Assembly: GCF_000195955.2 (NCBI RefSeq)
Contig: NC_000962.3
Span: 4,170,001 to 4,202,000 of the forward strand
Reading direction: 5' to 3'
Length of the DNA stretch: 32,000 nucleotides
From: Mycobacterium tuberculosis H37Rv
Lineage (GTDB): Bacteria; Actinomycetota; Actinomycetes; Mycobacteriales; Mycobacteriaceae
The notes beneath the pieces were generated by a model, which was not told the origin of the DNA, did no database searches, and was given only the letters and a program-made list of their open reading frames with translations. Positions within the stretch are counted from its first letter, which is position 1. Each line of letters starts with the position of its first letter. The translations under genes and the position numbers were made by a program. Below are positions 25,440-32,000 of the stretch, in pieces.

Positions 25440-25802
25440 ATGGGGCACGGGGTCGAAGGCAGGAATCGTCCGTCAGCGCCGTTGGATTCCCAGGCCGCCG
25501 CGCAGGTCGCGTCCACACTGCAGGCGTTGGCGACTCCGAGCCGGCTGATGATCCTCACCCAGCTACGGAACGGCCCGCTTCCGGTAACCGACCTCGCCGA
25601 GGCTATTGGAATGGAACAGTCCGCCGTCTCGCATCAACTTCGAGTGTTGCGGAATCTCGGCTTGGTCGTGGGCGACCGGGCAGGCCGTAGCATCGTCTAC
25701 AGCCTCTACGACACGCATGTGGCGCAGCTTCTTGACGAAGCCATTTACCACAGCGAGCACTTGCACCTTGGTCTCTCCGACCGGCACCCCAGCGCGGGCT
25801 AA
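25440..25802 (+). CDS. nmtR: ArsR/SmtB-family Ni/Co-responsive repressor
   Basis: ATG 25440, 120 aa. It has a winged HTH (VTDLAEAIGMEQSAVSHQLRVLRNLGLV) and a C-terminal His-rich sensing region (DTHVAQLLDEAIYHSEHLHLGLSDRH). Confidence 0.92.
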   Translation: MGHGVEGRNRPSAPLDSQAAAQVASTLQALATPSRLMILTQLRNGPLPVTDLAEAIGMEQSAVSHQLRVLRNLGLVVGDRAGRSIVYSLYDTHVAQLLDEAIYHSEHLHLGLSDRHPSAG

Positions 25803-25816
25803 GCGGTCAGGCTCAT

Positions 25817-25854
25817 AAGCTCGCGGGTCACTTTCACCCATGACCGGCGAGCTT
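25817..25854. terminator. Candidate bidirectional intrinsic terminator hairpin between convergent nmtR and the DUF2237 remnant
   Basis: aagctcgcgggtca / tgaccggcgagctt pair at 13 of 14 positions around a 10-nt loop. The hairpin is 15 nt after the nmtR stop and 32 nt after the opposite gene's stop. There is no U-tract, which is common for mycobacterial terminators. Confidence 0.5.
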
Positions 25855-25885
25855 TACAGACCCCAGCGCCTCAAGGGGCACCACC

Positions 25886-26098
25886 TCAAGGGCGCAGCCA
25901 CCGTGGCGGGCGCGCAATCGACAGGTCGTTGCCGACCGAGCGCTGGTGTGCCAGGAATTCGGTGGTCATGACGGCGCAGATGGTGTGCCAACCGAGGTCC
26001 TCGGGTCCGGTCGCACAGCAGCCGTCACGATAGAAGCCGGTAAGCGGATCGGTGCCACCCTGTTCCAGGGCGCCGCCCAGCACATTGCAATCGGACAT
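25886..26098 (-). pseudogene. Truncated DUF2237-family gene (Rv3745c-like, 70 aa)
   Basis: MSDCNVLGGALEQGGTDPLTGFYRDGCCATGPEDLGWHTICAVMTTEFLAHQRSVGNDLS matches the N-terminal half of the DUF2237 family, which as I recall is about 120 aa. Similarity ends there. Only 84 bp remain before the nmtR stop, so the C-terminal half is gone. Confidence 0.65.
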
Positions 26099-26170
26099 GG
26101 ACCTAAGTGTCTAAGCTGCGCCAGCCACGCCGTCGGACCTATCAGCTAATTCGGCGCGCGTCGCGGCGCA

Positions 26171-26506
26171 CTATTCCCGCGCGAGGGTCTGGCCGGGTCG
26201 CGGAATTGCTTCGAGCAAGCAGGCGGCCGCCCTGACGTCGGCGTCCGAATACATCCGGGCGATCGCGGTAAACACCTCGCCCGCCTTTCTCAGCTCTTCC
26301 TGCGCCGCTTGATTCAGCGCCAGCAGCCCGGTGGCCGCCGTCGTGAACGCCGTTACCGCCCACGCCGACACCTCCTCGGCCCCGGCGGGCAATAGCGAGC
26401 TCAGCGAGACCCACGCCACCGCACCGGCCTGTAGCCCTTGGAATGCGTTGTTGACGACCTGCGATCCGATGTCGGCAACGGCCGGATCGAATGACATGGA
26501 CTGCAT
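26171..26506 (-). CDS. PE34: PE family protein (PE-only, 111 aa)
   Basis: ATG 26506 has a GGGAGAG SD upstream. MQSMSFDPAVADIGSQV...LLPAGAEEVS...ARMYSDAD contains the YxxxD ESX secretion motif. There is no adjacent PPE partner. Confidence 0.85.
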   Translation of the reverse strand: MQSMSFDPAVADIGSQVVNNAFQGLQAGAVAWVSLSSLLPAGAEEVSAWAVTAFTTAATGLLALNQAAQEELRKAGEVFTAIARMYSDADVRAAACLLEAIPRPGQTLARE

Positions 26507-26723
26507 GTGTCTCTCCCTAGATTGCGCGGGCTCGGGCCCCAACGACGAGATCTAAGCGAGGAATTCAGTTGTCGGTAGCGATAGTAGTAATAGGATATAG
26601 TCCGCGCTGACGAAATAGAAGACGAGATATGCCGTCGCACTGAATAATTTGTCACCAAGGGCGCTGCCGCCCCGTGCTACCCCTGGGCATGTTGTCCACC
26701 TGCGGCGCGGTAGGTTCAGCGGC

Positions 26724-27107
26724 GTGATACTTACGGGTGCGTTCTTGGCCGATGCCGCCGCAGCGGTGGACAACAAACTCAATGTGCAAGGCGGCGTGCT
26801 GTCCAGATTTGCGGTCGGTCCTGACCGGCTGGCCCGATTTGTGTTGGTGGTGTTGACGCAGGCGGAGCCTGACAGTTCGGACCGCGACATTACGGTCGAG
26901 ATGAGGCCGCCGACCGATGACGAACCGATACGCCTGAATTTCGAGGCGCCCGAAGCGGCCGTTGCCGAGTTCCCCGGATTCGCATTCTTCGAAATCCAAC
27001 TGCGCCTGCCGGTTAACGGCCGTTGGGTGCTGGTGGTGACTGGCGGCACCGGAGCGATATCGCTTCCGGTGCTGGTGAGCGACATGCCTGCGACGATAGG
27101 TTTTTGA
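26724..27107 (+). CDS. Conserved protein of unknown function, tandem paralogue 1 (Rv3747-like, 127 aa)
   Basis: GTG 26724 is preceded by gcggtaggttcagcggc, and the same leader precedes paralogue 2. Product: VILTGAFLADAAAAVDNKLNVQGGVLSRFAV...GRWVLVVTGGTGAISLPVLV. Confidence 0.8.
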   Translation: MILTGAFLADAAAAVDNKLNVQGGVLSRFAVGPDRLARFVLVVLTQAEPDSSDRDITVEMRPPTDDEPIRLNFEAPEAAVAEFPGFAFFEIQLRLPVNGRWVLVVTGGTGAISLPVLVSDMPATIGF

Positions 27108-27235
27108 CGCGCCGGTCTTGAGCGACGACCCCCGGGGCTTGCAGAAAGGTTGTCCCGTGCACCAGCAGCATCCCTACAACGCAGCTGGATTCGGCTGACC
27201 GTGCTGACACCCAACCCAGCGGTAGGTTCGGCAGC

Positions 27236-27595
27236 GTGATAGTCGGGGCCTTCCTCGCCGAAGCGGCCTCGGTGGTGGACAACAAGCTCAATGTCTCCGG
27301 CGGCGTGCTGTACCGATTTGCGGTGGATCCGGACCGGTCGGCCCAGTTTCTGCTGGTGGTGTTGACCCAGGCCGAGACCGATGATCCGGATCGGCGGGTC
27401 GACGTAGAGGTTTGGCCTCCGACGGGCGACGACGCGCACCACATCGAGTTCGAGCTACCCGAGGCCGCCGTCGCCGCCGAGGTCGGATTCGCCATCTTCC
27501 GGATCGAGGTAAACCTGCCCGTCGACGGCCGTTGGGTGCTGGTGGTAACCGGCGGCGCCGGAACGATCTCGCTGCCGCTGATCGTGACGGGGTGA
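27236..27595 (+). CDS. Conserved protein of unknown function, tandem paralogue 2 (Rv3748-like, 119 aa)
   Basis: GTG 27236 is preceded by gcggtaggttcggcagc. Product: MIVGAFLAEAASVVDNKLNVSGGVLYRFAV...GRWVLVVTGGAGTISLPLIV. It is collinear with paralogue 1 over the full length. Confidence 0.8.
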   Translation: MIVGAFLAEAASVVDNKLNVSGGVLYRFAVDPDRSAQFLLVVLTQAETDDPDRRVDVEVWPPTGDDAHHIEFELPEAAVAAEVGFAIFRIEVNLPVDGRWVLVVTGGAGTISLPLIVTG

Positions 27596-27627
27596 GGCGT
27601 AGGCCCCTGCCGACGGAGCTGCCAGCC

Positions 27628-28192
27628 CTATTGATCGAATGGGAGCAGGACGCCGAGGCCGAATGGCGATCCGGACGGGAACAGACGCCGTGCCTTAGCG
27701 GCGAACTGTGGGACCTGCTCGCCCAGCGCATCTAGCAGGCTGTGCGGCGTGAACGGCGGGTCGATGTAGGCGTCGACCATCCCGAGGATCACTGCTTTCG
27801 TTGCCTCTTCGTACAAATCCAACTGATCGAGGAGAAAGTCGTCGGGATGCAAAGCTTTGATCTGATAGGGCTTTAGCGCGTCATCAGGGAAGTGCTTGAG
27901 GTTTGTCGTGACTATCACCTCCGCGCGCTCTCGGACCGCTGCAGCTAGCACATGTCGATCTTTGTAATGGTTGTTCATGGCGGCGATGAGGTCGTTGTAC
28001 CCGAAAGCGAATGCGGTAGTCAGCCCGTTCGGTGCTGATGTTGAGGCGGTCGACCATGGTTCGCCGAGTCTCGGCCAGGATGTCCTCCGACCACAGAGGC
28101 CGATAGGTGCCCTCGTCAGCGAACCGCAACAGGGCATCAACCAGCGGGTGTGGCACGAGCACGCACGCGTCCAGTACTACGGGGAACGGCAT
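27628..28192 (-). pseudogene. PIN-domain (PIN_3/VapC-like) toxin gene disrupted by a frameshift (includes Rv3749c-like ORF)
   Basis: ATG 28192 is preceded by a perfect AGGAGG (28199-28204) with a 6-nt spacer. It gives [60 protein letters not shown]. Similarity then continues in the frame of ORF 27628-28140: [47 protein letters not shown]. The frame switch is at about 27995-28030. Confidence 0.7.
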
Positions 28193-28204
28193 GCTCGGCC
28201 TCCT

Positions 28205-28597
28205 CTACTTCTTTTCTGCAAGCGCCGCCTGGAGCTCACCAAGGGCGTCGCGGCTCAACTCGCCTAGTGCTGCACGGCGATTCGACCGGGTTTCTTGCTG
28301 ATATTCGAGCAGCGCGTCAAGGCTCACTCGGCGGTGGCGGCCCGGCTTCTCAAATGGGATTCGACCATCCTCCAAGAGCCGAACGAGGGTCGGGCGTGAG
28401 ATGTTCAATAGGTCGGCGGCTTCTTGGGTGGTTAGTTTGAGGTGGCGTGGCACCAATGAAATGCCTTTGCCTTGCGACAAGGCCAGCACGACGTTGTACA
28501 GCGCATCTCTGACTGGTTCAGGAAGCGTCATCGGTTGTCCGGCGTTGCCACACACGGAAACTTCAGGCGCGCCAAGCACCTCCAGCAAGGAGGTCAT
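28205..28597 (-). CDS. Excisionase-family HTH DNA-binding protein, antitoxin-like partner of the PIN gene (Rv3750c-like)
   Basis: 130 aa. LTTQEAADLLNISRPTLVRLLEDGRIPFEKPGRHRRVSLDALLEY is an HTH_17/excisionase-type motif. Its stop lies 12 nt upstream of the PIN ATG. Confidence 0.8.
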   Translation of the reverse strand: MTSLLEVLGAPEVSVCGNAGQPMTLPEPVRDALYNVVLALSQGKGISLVPRHLKLTTQEAADLLNISRPTLVRLLEDGRIPFEKPGRHRRVSLDALLEYQQETRSNRRAALGELSRDALGELQAALAEKK

Positions 28598-28873
28598 GTC
28601 CTGCGGGTCGCGGGGGTGGAAGTACTGTCCGTTCCTGGACTGCGGCTGTCATGCAGCTTAGCGTAATTCGAACAAAACGAAACGTCGAGTCTCTGACCAG
28701 GCATTTACGCAAGCTACTGCGCCGCTAACCGCGCCGGGTCGCGCACTTGGCCGCCTCAAACGCCGCCTAGCACGGTGACGTCGAGCCCGGCGGAGCGCAC
28801 CAGCTGATCAGAGCTGGAAACCGGCGCGCGTCTGCCGCGGCCGAAGCCTACACGCGGGCGGATCTGCGGCGCG

Positions 28874-29089
28874 GTGAAGCGCGCAAAGGTCCAGCAGATC
28901 ACTCCGCACGATTTGCGGCACACCGCGGCCAGCTTGGCGGTGTCGGCCGGCGTCAACGTTTTGGCGCTGCAACGGATTCTCGGGCACAAGTCCGCGAAGG
29001 TCACCCTGGACACGTATGCGGATCTCTTCGATGCCGATCTTGATGCAGTCGCCGTCACTCTCGGGAAAGATGCCGACCAGCAAACCTGA
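28874..29089 (+). pseudogene. Tyrosine recombinase (phage integrase) C-terminal stump, 71 codons
   Basis: ITPHDLRHTAASLAVSAGVNVLALQRILGHKSAKVTLDTYADLF carries the catalytic HxxR...H...Y box II. The roughly 300 N-terminal codons expected for a full integrase are absent. It ends 38 nt from the 3' end of the tRNA-Ser gene. Confidence 0.85.
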
Positions 29090-29127
29090 AAATACCCTGC
29101 TGAACTGCACTAACAGTCAAAGGGATT

Positions 29128-29217
29128 TGGCGGTGGCGGAGGGATTTGAACCCTCGGACGGTGTTAGCCGTCACACGCTTTCGAGGCGTGCTCCTTAGGC
29201 CGCTCGGACACGCCACC
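29128..29217 (-). tRNA. serU: tRNA-Ser, anticodon CGA, with long variable arm and encoded CCA
   Basis: Reverse complement: GGTGGCGTGTCCGAGCGGCCTAAGGAGCACGCCTCGAAAGCGTGTGACGGCTAACACCGTCCGAGGGTTCAAATCCCTCCGCCACCGCCA. It shows a 7-bp acceptor stem GGTGGCG/CGCCACC, anticodon loop CTCGAAA, T-loop GGTTCAAATCC, and a class II long variable arm. The symbol follows the E. coli convention for the CGA isoacceptor. Confidence 0.93.
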
Positions 29218-29246
29218 GCGGTGAAGCTTACCGAATCGGCGCACCC

Positions 29247-29705
29247 TCACCCCAATCGCTGGCGGGCGAAGAAGGCCTCCAGCGGCGCGGCGCACTCCCG
29301 CGCGAGCACACCGCCGCGTACCTCCGGGCGGTGATTGAGCCGACGATCACGGACCACGTCCCACAACGAGCCGACCGCCCCGGTCTTGGGCTCCCAGGCA
29401 CCGAAGACCAGCCGCGCGACGCGGGCCAGCACCAGGGCACCGGCACACATAGTGCACGGTTCGACGGTGACCGCCAAGGTGGTCCCCTCCAGCCGCCACC
29501 CGTCGCCGAGCACACCGGCCGCCAACCGCATCGCCAGGATTTCCGCGTGCGCGGTGGGATCGCCGAGCGCCTCGCGGGCATTCACCGCCCGGGCGAGTTC
29601 GGTTCCGTCGGCGCCGACGACCACCGCGCCCACCGGCACGTCGCGCGGACCCGCCGTCGCCGCGACCGCCAACGCCGCACGGATCAGATCTTCGTCAGTG
29701 GTCAC
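29247..29705 (-). CDS. tadA: CDA-fold deaminase, tRNA-specific adenosine deaminase-like (Rv3752c-like)
   Basis: 152 aa, GTG start. Zinc motifs HAEILAMR and PCTMCAGAL are present, and the size and layout are typical of TadA. Confidence 0.85.
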   Translation of the reverse strand: MTTDEDLIRAALAVAATAGPRDVPVGAVVVGADGTELARAVNAREALGDPTAHAEILAMRLAAGVLGDGWRLEGTTLAVTVEPCTMCAGALVLARVARLVFGAWEPKTGAVGSLWDVVRDRRLNHRPEVRGGVLARECAAPLEAFFARQRLG

Positions 29706-29720
29706 CGCCCGCGCTTGCGG

Positions 29721-30221
29721 TCACCGACCTAGGCGGTCGATCACCGCCGACAGCTGGTCAGCGAAGCCCATTTCGCGGGCGATGCGGCCCAGCTGTTCGT
29801 CGGCGTAAAGGTCGGTCTCGTCGAGGATGACTCCCAGAACCGCCTCGGGCAGGCCGATGTCGGACAGCAGGCCCAGGTCGCCTTCCTCGAACGGATCGGC
29901 ATCCTCGAGGTCTTCGGGATCGATCTCGGCGTCCAGATTGTCCAGGACCTCCGCGGCGATGTCGTAGTCCAGCGCGGCGGTGGCGTCGGACAGCAACAGC
30001 CGAGTTCCCGAGGGCGCCGGGCGCACAATGACGAAAAATTCGTCGTCGACGTCGAGTAGCCCGAAGACGGCTCCCGCGCTACGCAGCTCACGCAGTTCCG
30101 TCTCGGCAGCCCGCAGACTGGTCAACGCTTTGGGGCCCATCGGAGAGCAGCGCCAGCGGCCCTCTTCACGCACAACCGCAACACCGAAACCGTCCGGTGT
30201 GTCCGCGGCCGGTCTTTGCAT
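29721..30221 (-). CDS. tRNA adenosine deaminase-associated protein (Rv3753c-like)
   Basis: ATG 30221 (alternative ATG 30242). 166 aa with a strongly acidic C-terminal half (DNLDAEIDPEDLEDADPFEEGDLGLLSD). It ends 15 nt upstream of the deaminase gene. The family name is recalled from actinobacterial annotation. Confidence 0.75.
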   Translation of the reverse strand: MQRPAADTPDGFGVAVVREEGRWRCSPMGPKALTSLRAAETELRELRSAGAVFGLLDVDDEFFVIVRPAPSGTRLLLSDATAALDYDIAAEVLDNLDAEIDPEDLEDADPFEEGDLGLLSDIGLPEAVLGVILDETDLYADEQLGRIAREMGFADQLSAVIDRLGR

Positions 30222-30354
30222 GGAGGCCCGTTGTGCTCCCATGGGCGCCTACGGTAGTCGCTGACCAGGCCTCCTGACCAGATGGTGCTCAGACAGCGGA
30301 GATCTGGTCGCCCCTCAGGGCGCCGCCACGGGCTACCTATGCCAACCTTGGACT

Positions 30355-31326
30355 GTGACTCGGACTGTCGCGGCGCCACCGGTGTGCGTGCTTGGGCTGG
30401 GACTCATCGGCGGTTCCATCATGCGGGCCGCCGCAGCGGCGGGCCGTGAAGTCTTTGGCTACAACCGGTCGGTGGAGGGTGCCCACGGCGCCCGCTCCGA
30501 CGGGTTTGATGCCATAACCGATCTCAACCAAACGCTAACCCGGGCCGCCGCTACCGAGGCGTTGATCGTGCTGGCCGTTCCGATGCCGGCCTTGCCAGGC
30601 ATGCTCGCCCATATTCGCAAATCGGCACCTGGCTGTCCGTTGACCGACGTCACCAGCGTCAAATGCGCGGTTCTCGACGAGGTCACGGCGGCTGGTCTGC
30701 AGGCGCGCTACGTCGGCGGTCACCCGATGACGGGCACCGCGCACTCGGGTTGGACCGCCGGTCACGGCGGCTTGTTCAACAGAGCCCCCTGGGTGGTCAG
30801 CGTCGATGACCATGTCGACCCCACGGTGTGGTCGATGGTGATGACGCTGGCGCTGGACTGCGGGGCGATGGTGGTGCCCGCCAAATCCGACGAGCACGAC
30901 GCCGCCGCTGCTGCCGTCTCGCACCTGCCACACCTGCTCGCTGAGGCGCTCGCCGTCACTGCGGCCGAGGTACCACTTGCCTTCGCGTTGGCTGCAGGGT
31001 CTTTCCGCGATGCCACCCGGGTGGCAGCCACCGCTCCTGACCTAGTGCGGGCAATGTGTGAAGCTAACACCGGCCAACTGGCGCCGGCCGCGGACCGGAT
31101 CATCGACCTGCTGAGCCGTGCGCGTGATTCGCTGCAATCCCACGGTTCGATAGCCGACCTCGCCGACGCGGGCCACGCCGCACGCACACGCTATGACAGC
31201 TTCCCGCGCTCCGACATCGTCACCGTCGTTATTGGCGCGGACAAATGGCGCGAGCAACTGGCCGCCGCGGGGCGGGCGGGCGGGGTGATTACATCCGCTC
31301 TGCCAAGCCTGGATAGTCCACAATGA
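30355..31326 (+). CDS. tyrA: Prephenate dehydrogenase
   Basis: GTG 30355 (alternatives GTG 30382 and 30388). [15 protein letters not shown] is the GxGxxG loop. GGHPMTG and VSHLPHLLA are PDH-family motifs. The first ATG (30421) lies downstream of the glycine loop. Confidence 0.88.
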
Positions 31327-31888
31327 ACCCGTCGGAGTCGACGGTCACGGTGGTGTCAGCCACCGGTGAGCGCAGCTTGATCCCATCCAGACGTCCTTCG
31401 CTGGTATAGCTCACGGTGGCCGCATCGACGCTCATCTCGGGCACGTTTACATAGACCACCGGCAGCGCGATCGATTCCGCTCGTTCGTGCAGCCCAAGGC
31501 GACGAATCGGCAACGCATTGAAGAATGGACTGAACACCAAATCGATGTCCAATGCACCGTTGTATGCTGCGCGCCGTTCACCCTGGTGGTCAGTCACCAA
31601 CCACATGTTCTCCTCGTCGCGGGCGATGGCGAGCTGGCGTTCCCGCTCGGCTAGTGTGACCGTCAGCCCGAACCGTTTGGTGGCACCGGTTTCGTCGGTC
31701 TGCAGATCGTAGTGCGCGCCAAACGCCGGATTATTCGCGGTAGCCGCGGCCACAATGCGGCCGTTCGCCCTAATCCGCTTGCCGGACAACTGGACTCGTA
31801 CCGATTCCATGCGCGAGATGTCCTGCGCACGCCAGGTCAACATGGCCGGCCAGACGCGCGGAGTCAGATCAGAGGGGACTGCGTTCAC
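31289..31888 (-). CDS. Conserved hypothetical protein (Rv3755c-like)
   Basis: GTG 31888 is assumed; the ORF is open up to 31984 and there are downstream ATG alternatives. About 199 aa. It overlaps the tyrA 3' end convergently by 38 bp. I could not recognise a motif. Confidence 0.6.
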
Positions 31889-32000
31889 ACTGTCTACCGT
31901 AGGGCGTGTCCACCGCCTGCGGCAGGTTTGTCGACAACCGCGGCGAGCTTGCGCATCCTCCCGGTGCCCGGCACCGATACCCACCCCGCCAACGCCAGCA

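Larger units (their letters stand above)
26707..27595 (+). repeat. Diverged tandem duplication, 512-bp period, each unit being leader motif + GTG + a gene of about 120 codons
   Basis: The leader motif starts at 26707 and again at 27219. The start codons at 26724 and 27236 are exactly 512 bp apart. The proteins align end to end with one 1-residue indel and roughly 60% identity by eye. Confidence 0.85.
27628..29127. mobile_element. Remnant of an integrative element at the 3' end of tRNA-Ser(CGA): int stump + HTH/PIN pair; it may extend left to about 26550
   Basis: An integrase fragment abuts the tRNA 3' end. The toxin-antitoxin-like cargo and both mobile-type genes are decayed. An AT-rich boundary patch lies at 26555-26650. 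The distal att repeat was not found. Confidence 0.5.

Noticed and set aside
29121-29148. 9-nt direct repeat agggatttg just outside (29121-29129) and inside (29140-29148) the tRNA-Ser 3' end, considered as an att scar
   Set aside because: It is too short to tell apart from chance, and the two copies are only 19 bp apart, so they cannot flank the island. No longer copy of the tRNA 3' end was seen elsewhere in the window by eye.
1-32000. Scan for CRISPR arrays, rRNA genes, intact insertion sequences (for example IS6110-type terminal repeats) and MIRU-like intergenic minisatellites
   Set aside because: I saw no regularly spaced direct repeats with unique spacers, no transposase-like ORF and no IS terminal inverted repeats. 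The only tandem repeats found are the 9-bp, 15-bp and 512-bp ones reported above.

Overview
High-GC actinobacterial chromosome. From the protein sequences and gene order I recognise it as the Mycobacterium tuberculosis complex region equivalent to Rv3724B-Rv3755c; this comes from memory, not from a search. The window is almost fully coding, with about 35 genes.

Left third (214-10615, all + strand): a co-directional run of redox and lipid-type enzymes. These are an NAD-dependent epimerase/reductase with a broken frame, a Zn-dependent dehydrogenase, a phytoene-desaturase-like flavoprotein, a 1065-aa MFS + cNMP-binding + patatin fusion, and a radical-SAM + class I methyltransferase fusion.

Middle: a divergent Prim-PolC-like/LigC DNA repair pair, a DUF2330 protein, Nudix-tgs2, an adenosine-kinase-like gene, AraC-ThrE, and a PPE gene split by one amber codon (PPE67/PPE66). 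Further on are a second WS/DGAT, an eroded EthA-like monooxygenase, and the NmtR-CtpJ Ni/Co module with its AT-rich operator.

Right third: a truncated DUF2237 gene and an orphan PE34. They are followed by what I read as the decayed remnant of an integrative element at tRNA-Ser(CGA). It holds two tandem paralogous genes of unknown function, an HTH antitoxin-like gene with a frameshifted PIN gene, and a 71-codon tyrosine-integrase stump. After it come the TadA operon, tyrA and a conserved hypothetical.

No CRISPR array, rRNA or intact IS element was seen. Most worth a second look: the tRNA-Ser island with its tandem unknowns and cryptic toxin-antitoxin pair, the radical-SAM/methyltransferase and MFS-cNMP-patatin fusions, several gene-decay events readable directly from the sequence, and a 21-bp-periodic repeat in an AT-rich spacer downstream of ctpJ.
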